From: Chthonomonadaceae bacterium
Lineage (GTDB): Bacteria > Armatimonadota > Chthonomonadetes > Chthonomonadales > Chthonomonadaceae
Direction of reading: 5' to 3'
DNA: 35,183 nt
Assembly: GCA_035650735.1 (NCBI GenBank)
Contig: DASRGZ010000098.1
Span: forward strand, 1 to 35,183
Made by a program: the position numbers and the translations under genes. Every line of letters begins with the position of its first letter. Position 1 is the stretch's first letter. Under the pieces are notes generated by a model. The model saw only the letters and a list, made by a program, of their open reading frames with translations, was not told the DNA's origin and did no database searches. This document shows positions 8,855 to 19,095 of this stretch, in pieces.

Positions 8855-9862
8855 TTAAGAGCTCCGCAGGCGGGGATCGATGGCATCACGCAGCGCATCC
8901 CCGAAGATATTGAACGCCAGCACCAGAATAAATAGGGCCGCCGAGGCCGAAGCCAGGTTCCACCAGATGATCGGCTCGCGCGCCAACTCCAGGCGGGCGG
9001 CATCTATCATGTTGCCCCAGCTTCCCGTGCCGGGGTCCACGCCGATGCCCAGGTACGACAGGATCGACTCGGAGAGGACCAGGCCGCTCAGCCCCAGCGT
9101 GACCGAGATGATGACAACGGGCAGCAGGTTGGGCAGGATATGCCGCACCAGAAGGCGCGCATTGCCGACGCCCAGGGCGCGCGCGGCGCGGACATACTCG
9201 CGGTCGCGGTGCTTGAGCGTTTCGCCGCGCGTCAGGCGGCACAGCCCGATCCAGGCGGTGATGCCGAGCGCGATACATAAATTGACCAGCCCCCGGCCCA
9301 GCACCAGCAGCAGGGCCACCAGCAGCAAGATATCAGGAATGGACCCCAGCACCGTATAGGTATATTGGACGGCATCATCCACGCGCTTGCCGAAATAGCC
9401 GGCCAGCATACCGAAGAGCAAGGCCAGCGGCGTGGCGATCAGGGAGGTCAGCCCGCCAATGATGATGGCGGTGCGGCAGCCCTTGAGCGTGCGGTAGAGC
9501 ACGTCGTTGCCGACGCCGTCCGTGCCGAGCAGGTGCCTGCCTCTCAGTTTATGGGGCGTCGGCTCGCCGGTGGTCATGGTTGCCAGGGGAGCGGAGTAGT
9601 ACCGCTCCGGCGGGCGCTCGAAGACCCGATCCAGGACGGTCTTATAGGGCGCGGTAGGCCCATTCTGCCAGCCGACGCTATCGGCGATGGCGACCAGCCC
9701 GTACAGGCCGATCACCGCCAGCGCGGCCAGCGCGATCCGATTCTGCCCCAGCCGCCTATAGGCTTCGGCCCAGAGCGGCTGTCGCCGGGCGCGCGCCAGC
9801 GCCACCACCAGGATCGCCACAATAAGAAAAGGCACCAGATTGCTCAGTATCACACCCAACAC
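8855..9862 (-). CDS. ABC transporter permease (OppC/DppC-like)
   Basis: HLLGTDGVGND, EYVRAARALG EAA loop, RHILPN, NIFGDALRDAIDPR. Confidence 0.92.
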   Translation of the reverse strand: MLGVILSNLVPFLIVAILVVALARARRQPLWAEAYRRLGQNRIALAALAVIGLYGLVAIADSVGWQNGPTAPYKTVLDRVFERPPERYYSAPLATMTTGEPTPHKLRGRHLLGTDGVGNDVLYRTLKGCRTAIIIGGLTSLIATPLALLFGMLAGYFGKRVDDAVQYTYTVLGSIPDILLLVALLLVLGRGLVNLCIALGITAWIGLCRLTRGETLKHRDREYVRAARALGVGNARLLVRHILPNLLPVVIISVTLGLSGLVLSESILSYLGIGVDPGTGSWGNMIDAARLELAREPIIWWNLASASAALFILVLAFNIFGDALRDAIDPRLRSS

Positions 9863-9893
9863 AGCAGGATCGCTCCCATAGCCTTAGCGTTCT

Positions 9894-9949
9894 GGCCCCC
9901 ACCCCCGTCCCCTCCCCTGTTCTTGGGGGAGGGGACGGGGGTGGGGGCC
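9894..9949. repeat. GC-rich palindrome, family A variant (CCCCTCCCCTGTTCTTGGGGGAGGGG)
   Basis: GGCCCCCACCCCCGTCCCCTCCCC...GGGGAGGGGACGGGGGTGGGGGCC stem; same core near 29016-29059 and inside 29907-30069. Confidence 0.85.
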
Positions 9950-9964
9950 TCTCCTCTCACTGGG

Positions 9965-10030
9965 TTTTCTGCCCACGTAGGTGGGCAGCAGGGCGCAAGG
10001 CCCCACAGCGGCAGGGTTTAGCCTGCCGGG
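9965..10030 (+). repeat. REP-like repeat family B, copy 2
   Basis: Near-identical to 194-258. Confidence 0.85.
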
Positions 10031-10043
10031 ACTGCCATAGCCC

Positions 10044-10985
10044 TTATTCCAACCGCACGCGCGGGTCTACCATGGCGTACCCGATGTCGGTCAGGATATA
10101 GCCAATAATGGTCAGGAGCGTTCCCAGGAACACCTCCGCGCGGATGACCGCGAAATCCTGGCTATTGATGGCATCCACCAGCAGGCTTCCCAGCCCCGGA
10201 ATGCCAAAGAACGACTCCAGCAGGAGGCTGCCCAGGATCAGACCGGGAATCGCCGCGACCGTTGAAGTCAGAATGGGAATAGCGGCGTTCTTCAGCACAT
10301 GCTTGAACAGGATCGCCCGCTCACTGACGCCCTTGGCGCGCGCCGTGCGCACGTAGTCCTGATTGATCTCATCCAGAATGAAGGTTCGGTAGAGGCGCAC
10401 GCTGCCGCCCAGCCCGCTGATCACCCCCACGATCATCGGCAGCAGCAGAAACTTCCAGGCGGTCAGGCCGCCCCGGAAGCCCGCCAGGGGGAAGTACTTC
10501 AAGAGCTTGCCCAGGATAAACTGCCCCGCCATGATATAGACCATGTAGACGATACTCATCAGCAGCACGCATAAGAACGTCCCCCAGTAGTCTACATAGG
10601 TGCCCCGGAAGTAGGCGACAAAGAGCGCGAAGCTGATCGAGGTGATAAGCGCCGTGACAAACACCAAAGACATCAACATAAACGAGGGGCCGGCCCCCGC
10701 CCGGATGCGATTCCAGATCGGCTCGTCGTTGGTATCAGAGCGGCCAAACTGGAGCAGGAAGAGCTCTCTTGTGTGCTTGGTGAACTGCTGCCACAGCGGC
10801 TTATCGTAGCCGTGCTCCGCCTTCCACTCGTTGAGCTGCTGCTGGGTTGGATTTTTGGCCGAAAGGTTGCGGCGGGCGACCTGATCGGGCGTTGCCGTCA
10901 TATAGAAGAGGATAAAGGTCAGCAGGGTAACGCCGAAGAGGATGGGCACGGCGTAGAGCACGCGGCGAATGATATAGCGCAGCAT
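10044..10985 (-). CDS. ABC transporter permease (OppB/DppB-like)
   Basis: MLRYIIRR start overlapping the upstream TGA (TGATG), DYVRTARAKG, KHVLKNA, DPRVR. Confidence 0.92.
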   Translation of the reverse strand: MLRYIIRRVLYAVPILFGVTLLTFILFYMTATPDQVARRNLSAKNPTQQQLNEWKAEHGYDKPLWQQFTKHTRELFLLQFGRSDTNDEPIWNRIRAGAGPSFMLMSLVFVTALITSISFALFVAYFRGTYVDYWGTFLCVLLMSIVYMVYIMAGQFILGKLLKYFPLAGFRGGLTAWKFLLLPMIVGVISGLGGSVRLYRTFILDEINQDYVRTARAKGVSERAILFKHVLKNAAIPILTSTVAAIPGLILGSLLLESFFGIPGLGSLLVDAINSQDFAVIRAEVFLGTLLTIIGYILTDIGYAMVDPRVRLE

Positions 10986-13039
10986 CAGCGTCTTGCCTCC
11001 CGATTTCTGCGCACGCTGCGGTTGGTACGCTGGCGCACGAGGTTGGCCGCAGGAATGGAGCCAATCACCAGGAATAGCACCAAGCCGATAGCAGGCCAGT
11101 AGTTCGGACGGTTCCATTGGGCCTGCAAGCGCGCGCGCAGCGGGCCATCTACGCCGACGTATTTGCCGGAGTCGTTGGCGACGGGATGGGGCTTGACGTT
11201 CTTGAGCCAGGGCTGGGTGAGCACCAGGCTCTCATCGTGGCTCAAATAGATCAGCGGGCAGTCCTCGGCGGCGATGTCCCGCATACGCTTGATGAGGGCC
11301 AGCCGGGCCGGGGTGTCCTCCATCGAGCGCATCTGCTCGAACAGCCGGTTATACTCCGGGTTGTTGTAGTTGGAGGCGTTGGGGCCGGGACGCCGGTTCG
11401 GGCCGTAGAGCAGCAGCAGGAAGTTCTCGGCGTCCGGGTAATCAGCGATCCAGCCGTACTGCACAAACTGGAACTGCCCATGATCGACCTTATCCTGCCA
11501 GATATTCGGGCGCGATACGCGCGACTCCAAATGAATGCCGAGCGCCTCGATCTGCTTGGTCAGCAGGCCAACCTGCTGCCGGCCCGCCGGCGTGACCGCC
11601 GCGTTGTCGTAGTAGAGGGTCAGCCGGTCTCCGGTCTTGGAATCGATCCCGTTAGGATAGCCGGCCTCGGCCAGAAGCTGCTTTGCCCGATCCAGGTTGT
11701 ACTGGCGGTAGGGATTCTTGTAGCTGGGGTCGTAGCCGAAGATGCCGGGCGGCAGCAAAAACTCTGCCGGCTTGCCCAATCCCTGCGAAAAGAGGTCAAT
11801 AAATTCCTGCGAGTTGACGGCGGTGGAGATGGCCTGGCGCAGCTTGCGCTTCTGGGGCGTGTAGCCGCCTACGACTGGATCCTCCATGTTGAAAATGAGA
11901 TAGCCGATGTTGGCGCTGACGTCGCGGTGCATCCGCACGCCCCGGCGTTTCATCTCCGGGGAAAGCTGGCCGGCGCGGCTGACCACCTGCTGGAAGTTCT
12001 CCTGCGACACGCCGGAGGAATCGAGGTAGCCTTGCAGGAAGAGGTTCCAGGCGGTCACGCCCTCTTTGATAGTGCTGTAGATGATCTTTTCCACGCGCGG
12101 CAGCGGCTGGCCCGCGTCCTGAAGCAGGCCAGCCTCGGCGTCGCCCGGCATCCCTTCCGTCGGGTAGAACTCGGCGAAGCGGTTGGGGTTGGCCTCCAGC
12201 ACGATTCGGGACTTGGGCACATACTCGGTCAGCATGAACGGCCCGCTGCCCACCGGATGGCGTGCCAGTTCCTTGCCGTATTTCTCGACGGCCTCATGCG
12301 CCTGCGGGGTGGTGAAGTGCATCGCCATCAGGTAGCGAAGCTGCGGATAGGGCTGATTCAGGGCGATACGGAAGGTATAGGGGTCGTGGGGATCAAGCTG
12401 CAGGCCCTCCACAGGCATCTGATAGTCAGCCTTCTTTCCCTGCTTGCTCAACGCCAGGTTATGGGCGATATAGGCATCCATGCCCAGGATCTTATCCGAG
12501 AAATAGTTGACCACAGGGCAGGGCACGGTAGGGTCGGCCATGCGCCGGAAACTATAGAGAATATCCGCCGCCGTGATCTCGCGCCCTTTGCCGCCGGGGA
12601 AGCAGGGGTCGTCCTGGAAGCGCAGCCCCTTCTTGATGCGGAACGTCCAGATCTCGCCGCGCTTCTGCACCTTGCGCCCATTCTCCGTCTCCGTGTAGAG
12701 ATAGGGTTCGCGCTTGGGCTGTTCGGCGCCCAGCGCCAACTCTAGCACAAAGGGATCGCGCTTGAGATAGTGATAGCGAAAATAGGTCGGATAGATCAGG
12801 TCAACGATGTTGGCTTCGGTGATAGTATAGGAGACGCTGGGATCGAGCGTGCGCGGGTCATCGCCCAGCGCGCGATAGAGGATCGGGCGGGCCGTCTGGC
12901 CGGGCGGATAGGGATTGTTACTGCAGCCGGACAGGAGGATCACCAACAGGGCGAGCAGCGCCAACAGAAGCAGGCGTGCGCAAGGGATGCACAGTCTCCG
13001 AGATTGGCTTGCGCAGGGCTTGATGGTTTCAGCGCTCAT
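10985..13039 (-). CDS. ABC transporter substrate-binding lipoprotein (family 5) with a C-terminal transmembrane helix
   Basis: Lipobox LLSGC, LDP, HPVGSGPF, KLRQAI, GWIADYPD; hydrophobic WPAIGLVLFLVIGSIPAA followed by basic tail; start uncertain. Confidence 0.88.
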   Translation of the reverse strand: MSAETIKPCASQSRRLCIPCARLLLLALLALLVILLSGCSNNPYPPGQTARPILYRALGDDPRTLDPSVSYTITEANIVDLIYPTYFRYHYLKRDPFVLELALGAEQPKREPYLYTETENGRKVQKRGEIWTFRIKKGLRFQDDPCFPGGKGREITAADILYSFRRMADPTVPCPVVNYFSDKILGMDAYIAHNLALSKQGKKADYQMPVEGLQLDPHDPYTFRIALNQPYPQLRYLMAMHFTTPQAHEAVEKYGKELARHPVGSGPFMLTEYVPKSRIVLEANPNRFAEFYPTEGMPGDAEAGLLQDAGQPLPRVEKIIYSTIKEGVTAWNLFLQGYLDSSGVSQENFQQVVSRAGQLSPEMKRRGVRMHRDVSANIGYLIFNMEDPVVGGYTPQKRKLRQAISTAVNSQEFIDLFSQGLGKPAEFLLPPGIFGYDPSYKNPYRQYNLDRAKQLLAEAGYPNGIDSKTGDRLTLYYDNAAVTPAGRQQVGLLTKQIEALGIHLESRVSRPNIWQDKVDHGQFQFVQYGWIADYPDAENFLLLLYGPNRRPGPNASNYNNPEYNRLFEQMRSMEDTPARLALIKRMRDIAAEDCPLIYLSHDESLVLTQPWLKNVKPHPVANDSGKYVGVDGPLRARLQAQWNRPNYWPAIGLVLFLVIGSIPAANLVRQRTNRSVRRNREARR

Positions 13040-13309
13040 CGCAGGGGGACGGGAGATTTCTAACATAAGTTATGAGTCCGGAATACGAATGAGAGTACCG
13101 ACAAGTTCCTGGTGCCGCCAGAGCCGACAAGCGGCGGCCGGTCCCTACCGGTTATGGCTGCCTTTATCCTCTAAAGAGACGAAGACCATTTTCCTTCGTG
13201 ACAGGCAGGGAGTTGTTTCCACGTGGGAATAGCCAGATCAAGGGAATATTCTCCCCACCGCCAGATAACTCCTGCGCTACGCCGCCTTGGCCAATGGCCC
13301 CCACCCCAG

Positions 13310-13372
13310 CCCGGCAGGCTAAACCCTGCCGATGTGGAGCCTTCAGCTTTCTGCCTGCCTACGCAGGCAGAG
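13310..13372 (-). repeat. REP-like repeat family B, copy 3 (diverged, inverted)
   Basis: CCCGGCAGGCTAAACCCTGCCG is the reverse complement of the 3' hairpin of copies 1 and 2; CTGCCTGCCTACGCAGGCAG hairpin. Confidence 0.8.
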
Positions 13373-13379
13373 GGGAACC

Positions 13380-13451
13380 GAGAAGCCGAGTCACCCCCTT
13401 CCCTAACCGCTCGTCCCTCGCCAGGGAAGGGGGACGGGGGGGTTAGGTTAA
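13380..13451. repeat. REP/MITE-like palindrome family A copy
   Basis: GAGAAGCCGAGTCACCCCCTTCCCT...AGGGAAGGGGGACGGGGGGTTAGGTTA. Confidence 0.85.
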
Positions 13452-13592
13452 GAAAGGCCAGGGGCGAGAACGGAATGCTTCTGAGAAAAATACGCGGCAG
13501 CAGGAGGAGAACGCGGCGGCAGCGAATAAGAGAGCACTTTCCGAACTTCTTCGCCAACAGGCTCTAGTCATTACTCAACAGCGAGGTTACCC

Positions 13593-14459
13593 ATGCGCGC
13601 GATACAATATGCGGCTCCCCGCTCTCTCGACGACGCCATCGCCATCTTGCAGGAAGTTGGCCCCAAGGCGCGAATTCTGGCCGGAGGCACGGACTTGATT
13701 GTGCAGGTCGGCGCGAATATGCGGGATGTGGATGTGTTTGTGGATGGCAAGCGCATCCCGGAGCTTATGGAGCTTTCTTTCGATCCCGAACGCGGCCTGA
13801 CGCTGGGCGCCGCCGTCCCCTGCTACCGCATTTATGAGGACGCCACGGTTCGGAAGCACTATCCGGCGCTGGTAGATGCCGCTTCCATCATCGGGGGAAC
13901 GGGCATTCAGGGCCGCGCCTCCGTGGGAGGCAACCTCTGCAACTCCGGCCCCGCCGCCGATAGCACCCCGGCGCTCATTGTCTGCTCCGCCGTCGCCCGC
14001 ATCGCCGGGCCGGAGGGCGAGCGGGAGGTGCCGGTGGAGGCGTTCTGCACCGGGCCGGGCCGCAACGTGCTGGAAAGAGGTGAGCTTCTGGTTTCGCTCC
14101 GCCTGCCCCCGCCCGCGTCGCACACCGGCTCGCGCTATCTGCGCTTCATTCCGCGCAACGAGATGGACATTGCGGAGGTTGGCGTCGGGGCCAGCCTGAC
14201 GCTGGCCCAACCGGGCGGCGAAATCACGGCGGCGCGTATCGCGCTAGGAGCCGTCGGCCCGACGCCGCTCTTTGTGCCGGACGCGGGCGCCATGTTGGTC
14301 GGCCAGATGCCTTCGGAGGAGGTCTTCGGCGTGGCCGCCGGGATCGCACAGGGAGCAGCCCTCCCCATTACGGATATACGCGGCACGGCAGACCACCGCC
14401 GTCACCTGGTCGGCGTCCTCACCCGCCGCGCCCTGCGGGGCGCGCTGGAGCGTATTTAA
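13593..14459 (+). CDS. Xanthine dehydrogenase family FAD-binding subunit (CoxM-like)
   Basis: LAGGTDL, ASVGGNLCN.GPAAD, RIALGAVGPTP, DIRGTADHR. Confidence 0.92.
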   Translation: MRAIQYAAPRSLDDAIAILQEVGPKARILAGGTDLIVQVGANMRDVDVFVDGKRIPELMELSFDPERGLTLGAAVPCYRIYEDATVRKHYPALVDAASIIGGTGIQGRASVGGNLCNSGPAADSTPALIVCSAVARIAGPEGEREVPVEAFCTGPGRNVLERGELLVSLRLPPPASHTGSRYLRFIPRNEMDIAEVGVGASLTLAQPGGEITAARIALGAVGPTPLFVPDAGAMLVGQMPSEEVFGVAAGIAQGAALPITDIRGTADHRRHLVGVLTRRALRGALERI

Positions 14460-14533
14460 CGTAGAAAGAGGCGCATAATTATTCGTAGTTAGGCTTGGTT
14501 TTAGCAGGCATTTATGCCAATCGGAGGCCAAAA

Positions 14534-14869
14534 TTGACTACATACGAGCGCGCGATCCAGATTTACCAGGTGTTGATTTGTGCTGCTCGTAACCGGCAAA
14601 TTCTTACCTACGAGTTGCTTGGTAAACTGATTGGTGTACCAGCCTTTTCACTTGGCTCACATCTAGAGCATCTCTTATGCTATTTTAAGGATAACAATCT
14701 GCCACCGCTCACGGTGCTGGTTGGGCTGAAAAGTGGGGGTAAACCCGGCTCAGGTATGACTTCATCACAAGGTCCCGATGCAGACAGGGAGAAGGTATAC
14801 GCACACAACTGGTTTGCTATGCCTCCAATAACTTCCGAAAAAAACTTCAAAAACAAGAGTGTAGAATAG
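14534..14869 (+). CDS. Hypothetical protein, lower GC, possible winged-helix fold
   Basis: TTG start after GGAGG; ILTYELLGKLIG..LG..L...LPPLTVLV..GKPGSG pattern resembles small mobile-region hypotheticals. Confidence 0.6.
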   Translation: MTTYERAIQIYQVLICAARNRQILTYELLGKLIGVPAFSLGSHLEHLLCYFKDNNLPPLTVLVGLKSGGKPGSGMTSSQGPDADREKVYAHNWFAMPPITSEKNFKNKSVE

Positions 14870-14886
14870 CAGCGGAGGTGCAAGTT

Positions 14887-15105
14887 ATGACACAACTCCT
14901 TGAAAAGGCGTATGCGGAAATCGCTCGCCTTTCAGATCAGGATCAGGATGCCATCGCTGCCATCATTCTAGAGGAACTGGCCTCAGAAGAGCGGTGGCAG
15001 CAGGCGTTTGCAAGTTCCTCAGAGGTGCTCAGCAAACTGGCGAAAGAAGCCCTGGCCGAGCACCATGCAGGCAAGACTCTGCCGCTTGAGCCAGAGACAT
15101 TATGA
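14887..15105 (+). CDS. Putative antitoxin
   Basis: Small acidic protein MTQLLEKA...EERWQQAFASS..L.KLAKEAL; GGAGGTG RBS; ATGA overlap with the toxin gene. Confidence 0.7.
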   Translation: MTQLLEKAYAEIARLSDQDQDAIAAIILEELASEERWQQAFASSSEVLSKLAKEALAEHHAGKTLPLEPETL

Positions 15106-15370
15106 ATTTCCGCACCACGGCGCGTTTCCGAGAGGCTTTTGCGCGACTGCCTGCCAGTGTCCAGCAACAAGCCAGGGCCGCTTACAGGCTGTTCCACCAG
15201 AATCCTCATCATCCTAGCCTGCGTTTTCGGCAAGTGCATCCACCGAGCCTATCTATTCAGCGCGCGTTGGCTTGCACTATCGCGCTCTGGGGGTTCGGGA
15301 TGGCAACACTATCATCTGGTTTTGGATAGGCTCCCACGCAGAATATGACGCGCTGCTTGCTCAGCTATAA
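15102..15370 (+). pseudogene. RelE/ParE-like toxin, frameshifted near 15240-15242
   Basis: MNFRTTARF..NPHHPSLRFRQVHP continues in the -1 frame as TEPIYSARVGLHYRALGVRDGNTIIWFWIGSHAEYDALLAQL-TAA(15368-15370). Confidence 0.85.
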
Positions 15371-15391
15371 TCAGGAGGCTTAAATAAGGAC

Positions 15392-15883
15392 ATGGCGACA
15401 CAACTGGTATCGGGGAAGGTGGCGGTGAGCGCCACCATTAACGGCGAGCCGACCGCCTGGCTCTGCGAGCCGCGCGAGACGCTGCTGGAGGTCTTGCGCG
15501 ACCGCCTGGGACTAACGGGTTCCAAAGAGGGCTGCGGCAACGGCAACTGTGGGGCCTGCAACATCCTCCTGGATGGGCGGCTGATCAACTCCTGCTGCAT
15601 GCTGGCGGTCGAGGCGGAGGGCAGCACGATCACGACCGTCGAGGGCATCGGCAGGCCGGAGGGCCTGACGCCGCTCCAGCGCTGTTTCCTGGAGGAGGCG
15701 GCGCTACAGTGCGGGTTCTGCACGCCGGGCTTCCTCGTCGCGGCCCAGGCGCTGCTGGACAAGAACCCGGACCCGACCGAGGACGAGATTCGCTGGTGGC
15801 TGGCGGGCAACCTCTGCCGCTGCACCGGCTATGATAAGATCGTGCGCGCGGTACAGAAGGCCGCCGCCGAGATGCGGGGGTAA
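15392..15883 (+). CDS. (2Fe-2S)-binding subunit (CoxS-like)
   Basis: GCGNGNCGAC, QCGFCTPG, GNLCRCTGY. Confidence 0.95.
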   Translation: MATQLVSGKVAVSATINGEPTAWLCEPRETLLEVLRDRLGLTGSKEGCGNGNCGACNILLDGRLINSCCMLAVEAEGSTITTVEGIGRPEGLTPLQRCFLEEAALQCGFCTPGFLVAAQALLDKNPDPTEDEIRWWLAGNLCRCTGYDKIVRAVQKAAAEMRG

Positions 15884-15886
15884 GCG

Positions 15887-18157
<2,271 letters not shown>

Positions 18158-18170
18158 GCCACAAGCGACG

Positions 18171-18214
18171 GAGGGCGCAGGAACGAGTATGGTTCCTGCG
18201 CCCTCTTTCCGTTT
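18171..18214 (+). terminator. Intrinsic terminator after the large subunit
   Basis: GAGGGCGCAGGAAC / GTTCCTGCGCCCTC 14-bp stem followed by TTTCCGTTT. Confidence 0.7.
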
Positions 18215-18218
18215 GGTA

Positions 18219-18227
18219 TGTTATAAT
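18219..18227 (+). promoter_or_regulatory. Extended -10 promoter element for Uma2-MoaD
   Basis: TG-T-TATAAT, ending 28 nt before the ATG at 18256. Confidence 0.55.
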
Positions 18228-18255
18228 GCGAGTAGATTCAGTAGGAGGAAAGATA

Positions 18256-18798
18256 ATGGCTATCGCAAAGGCAAAGCTGACCGAAGAGGAGTTTATGCGC
18301 CTGCCGGACGATGGGCGCAAGTATGAACTCGTGGACGGGGAGGCCAAAGAAGTGCCGGCAGGTTTCCAACATGCTGCTATCGTGGCGAACATCATTGCGC
18401 TGTTCATGCCTTATGCCAGAGGACGTGACATTCTGGCCGCTTCACAGGCAGGTTTCCGCATGGTAGACGGCAATATTCGCAGCCCGGACGTCTCATTCAC
18501 TCTCAAATCTAGATTGCCCCAAGGTCGACCCAACAAAGGTTTCGGCAATTTGGCGCCCGACCTGTGCATTGAGATCATCTCCGATTCGGAAGACCGCGCG
18601 GACATGGAGCGGAAGGTAGGCGAGTATTTCACGGCGGGCGCGCAGCAGGTCTGGCATCTGTTCCCGGAGACGCAGACGGCCCGCGTCTTCACGGCTCCCG
18701 CTGCGTTCACCGACTACGCTCCTACGGACACACTCGACGGCGGCGACCTCCTCCCCGGCTTTCGCTGCCGTGTTGCGGAACTGTTCGCCCTGGAATAG
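18256..18798 (+). CDS. Uma2 family (DUF820) putative endonuclease
   Basis: LTEEEF..LPDDGRKYELVDGE, RSPDVSF, APDLCIEIIS, K..EYF..G, LLPGF; AGGAGG RBS. Confidence 0.9.
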   Translation: MAIAKAKLTEEEFMRLPDDGRKYELVDGEAKEVPAGFQHAAIVANIIALFMPYARGRDILAASQAGFRMVDGNIRSPDVSFTLKSRLPQGRPNKGFGNLAPDLCIEIISDSEDRADMERKVGEYFTAGAQQVWHLFPETQTARVFTAPAAFTDYAPTDTLDGGDLLPGFRCRVAELFALE

Positions 18799-18822
18799 AT
18801 CTGGAAGGAGTTTTAAAGAAGG

Positions 18823-19095
18823 ATGGCAACCGTCTATATTCCCGCCGCGATGCGCCCCGCTGCCGGAGGCGCGACGGAGGCCGTCGTGCCCGGCAGAACG
18901 CTTGGCGAGGTGATAGAGAACCTGGAAGCGGCCTATCCCGGCCTCAAAAGCCGTCTGGCGCAGGAAGATCGGCTTCGTCCCGGCCTGGCGGCGTTTGTGA
19001 ATGGGGTATCCGTCCCGCCCGGCCTGAGCACGCGGGTTCCGGAGGACGCCGAGATCTATTTCGCGCCCGCCATCGCCGGGGGAAGATCAGAATAG
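18823..19095 (+). CDS. MoaD/ThiS family sulfur-carrier protein
   Basis: TVYIPA, TLGEVIENLEAAYPGL, FVNG, PAIAGG followed by RSE. Confidence 0.85.
   Translation: MATVYIPAAMRPAAGGATEAVVPGRTLGEVIENLEAAYPGLKSRLAQEDRLRPGLAAFVNGVSVPPGLSTRVPEDAEIYFAPAIAGGRSE

Noticed and set aside
13171..13567. Small ORFs in the spacer between the ABC and molybdoenzyme operons
   Set aside because: They are translations of repeat families A and B with no protein-like features
14454..14494. Complete attC site (ATTTAAC...GTTAGGC)
   Set aside because: Only 41 bp and lacks inverted L boxes; at most a core-site remnant
18256..18798. Uma2 gene as a novel defence system
   Set aside because: Uma2/DUF820 genes are commonly scattered multi-copy singletons; no partner defence genes are adjacent
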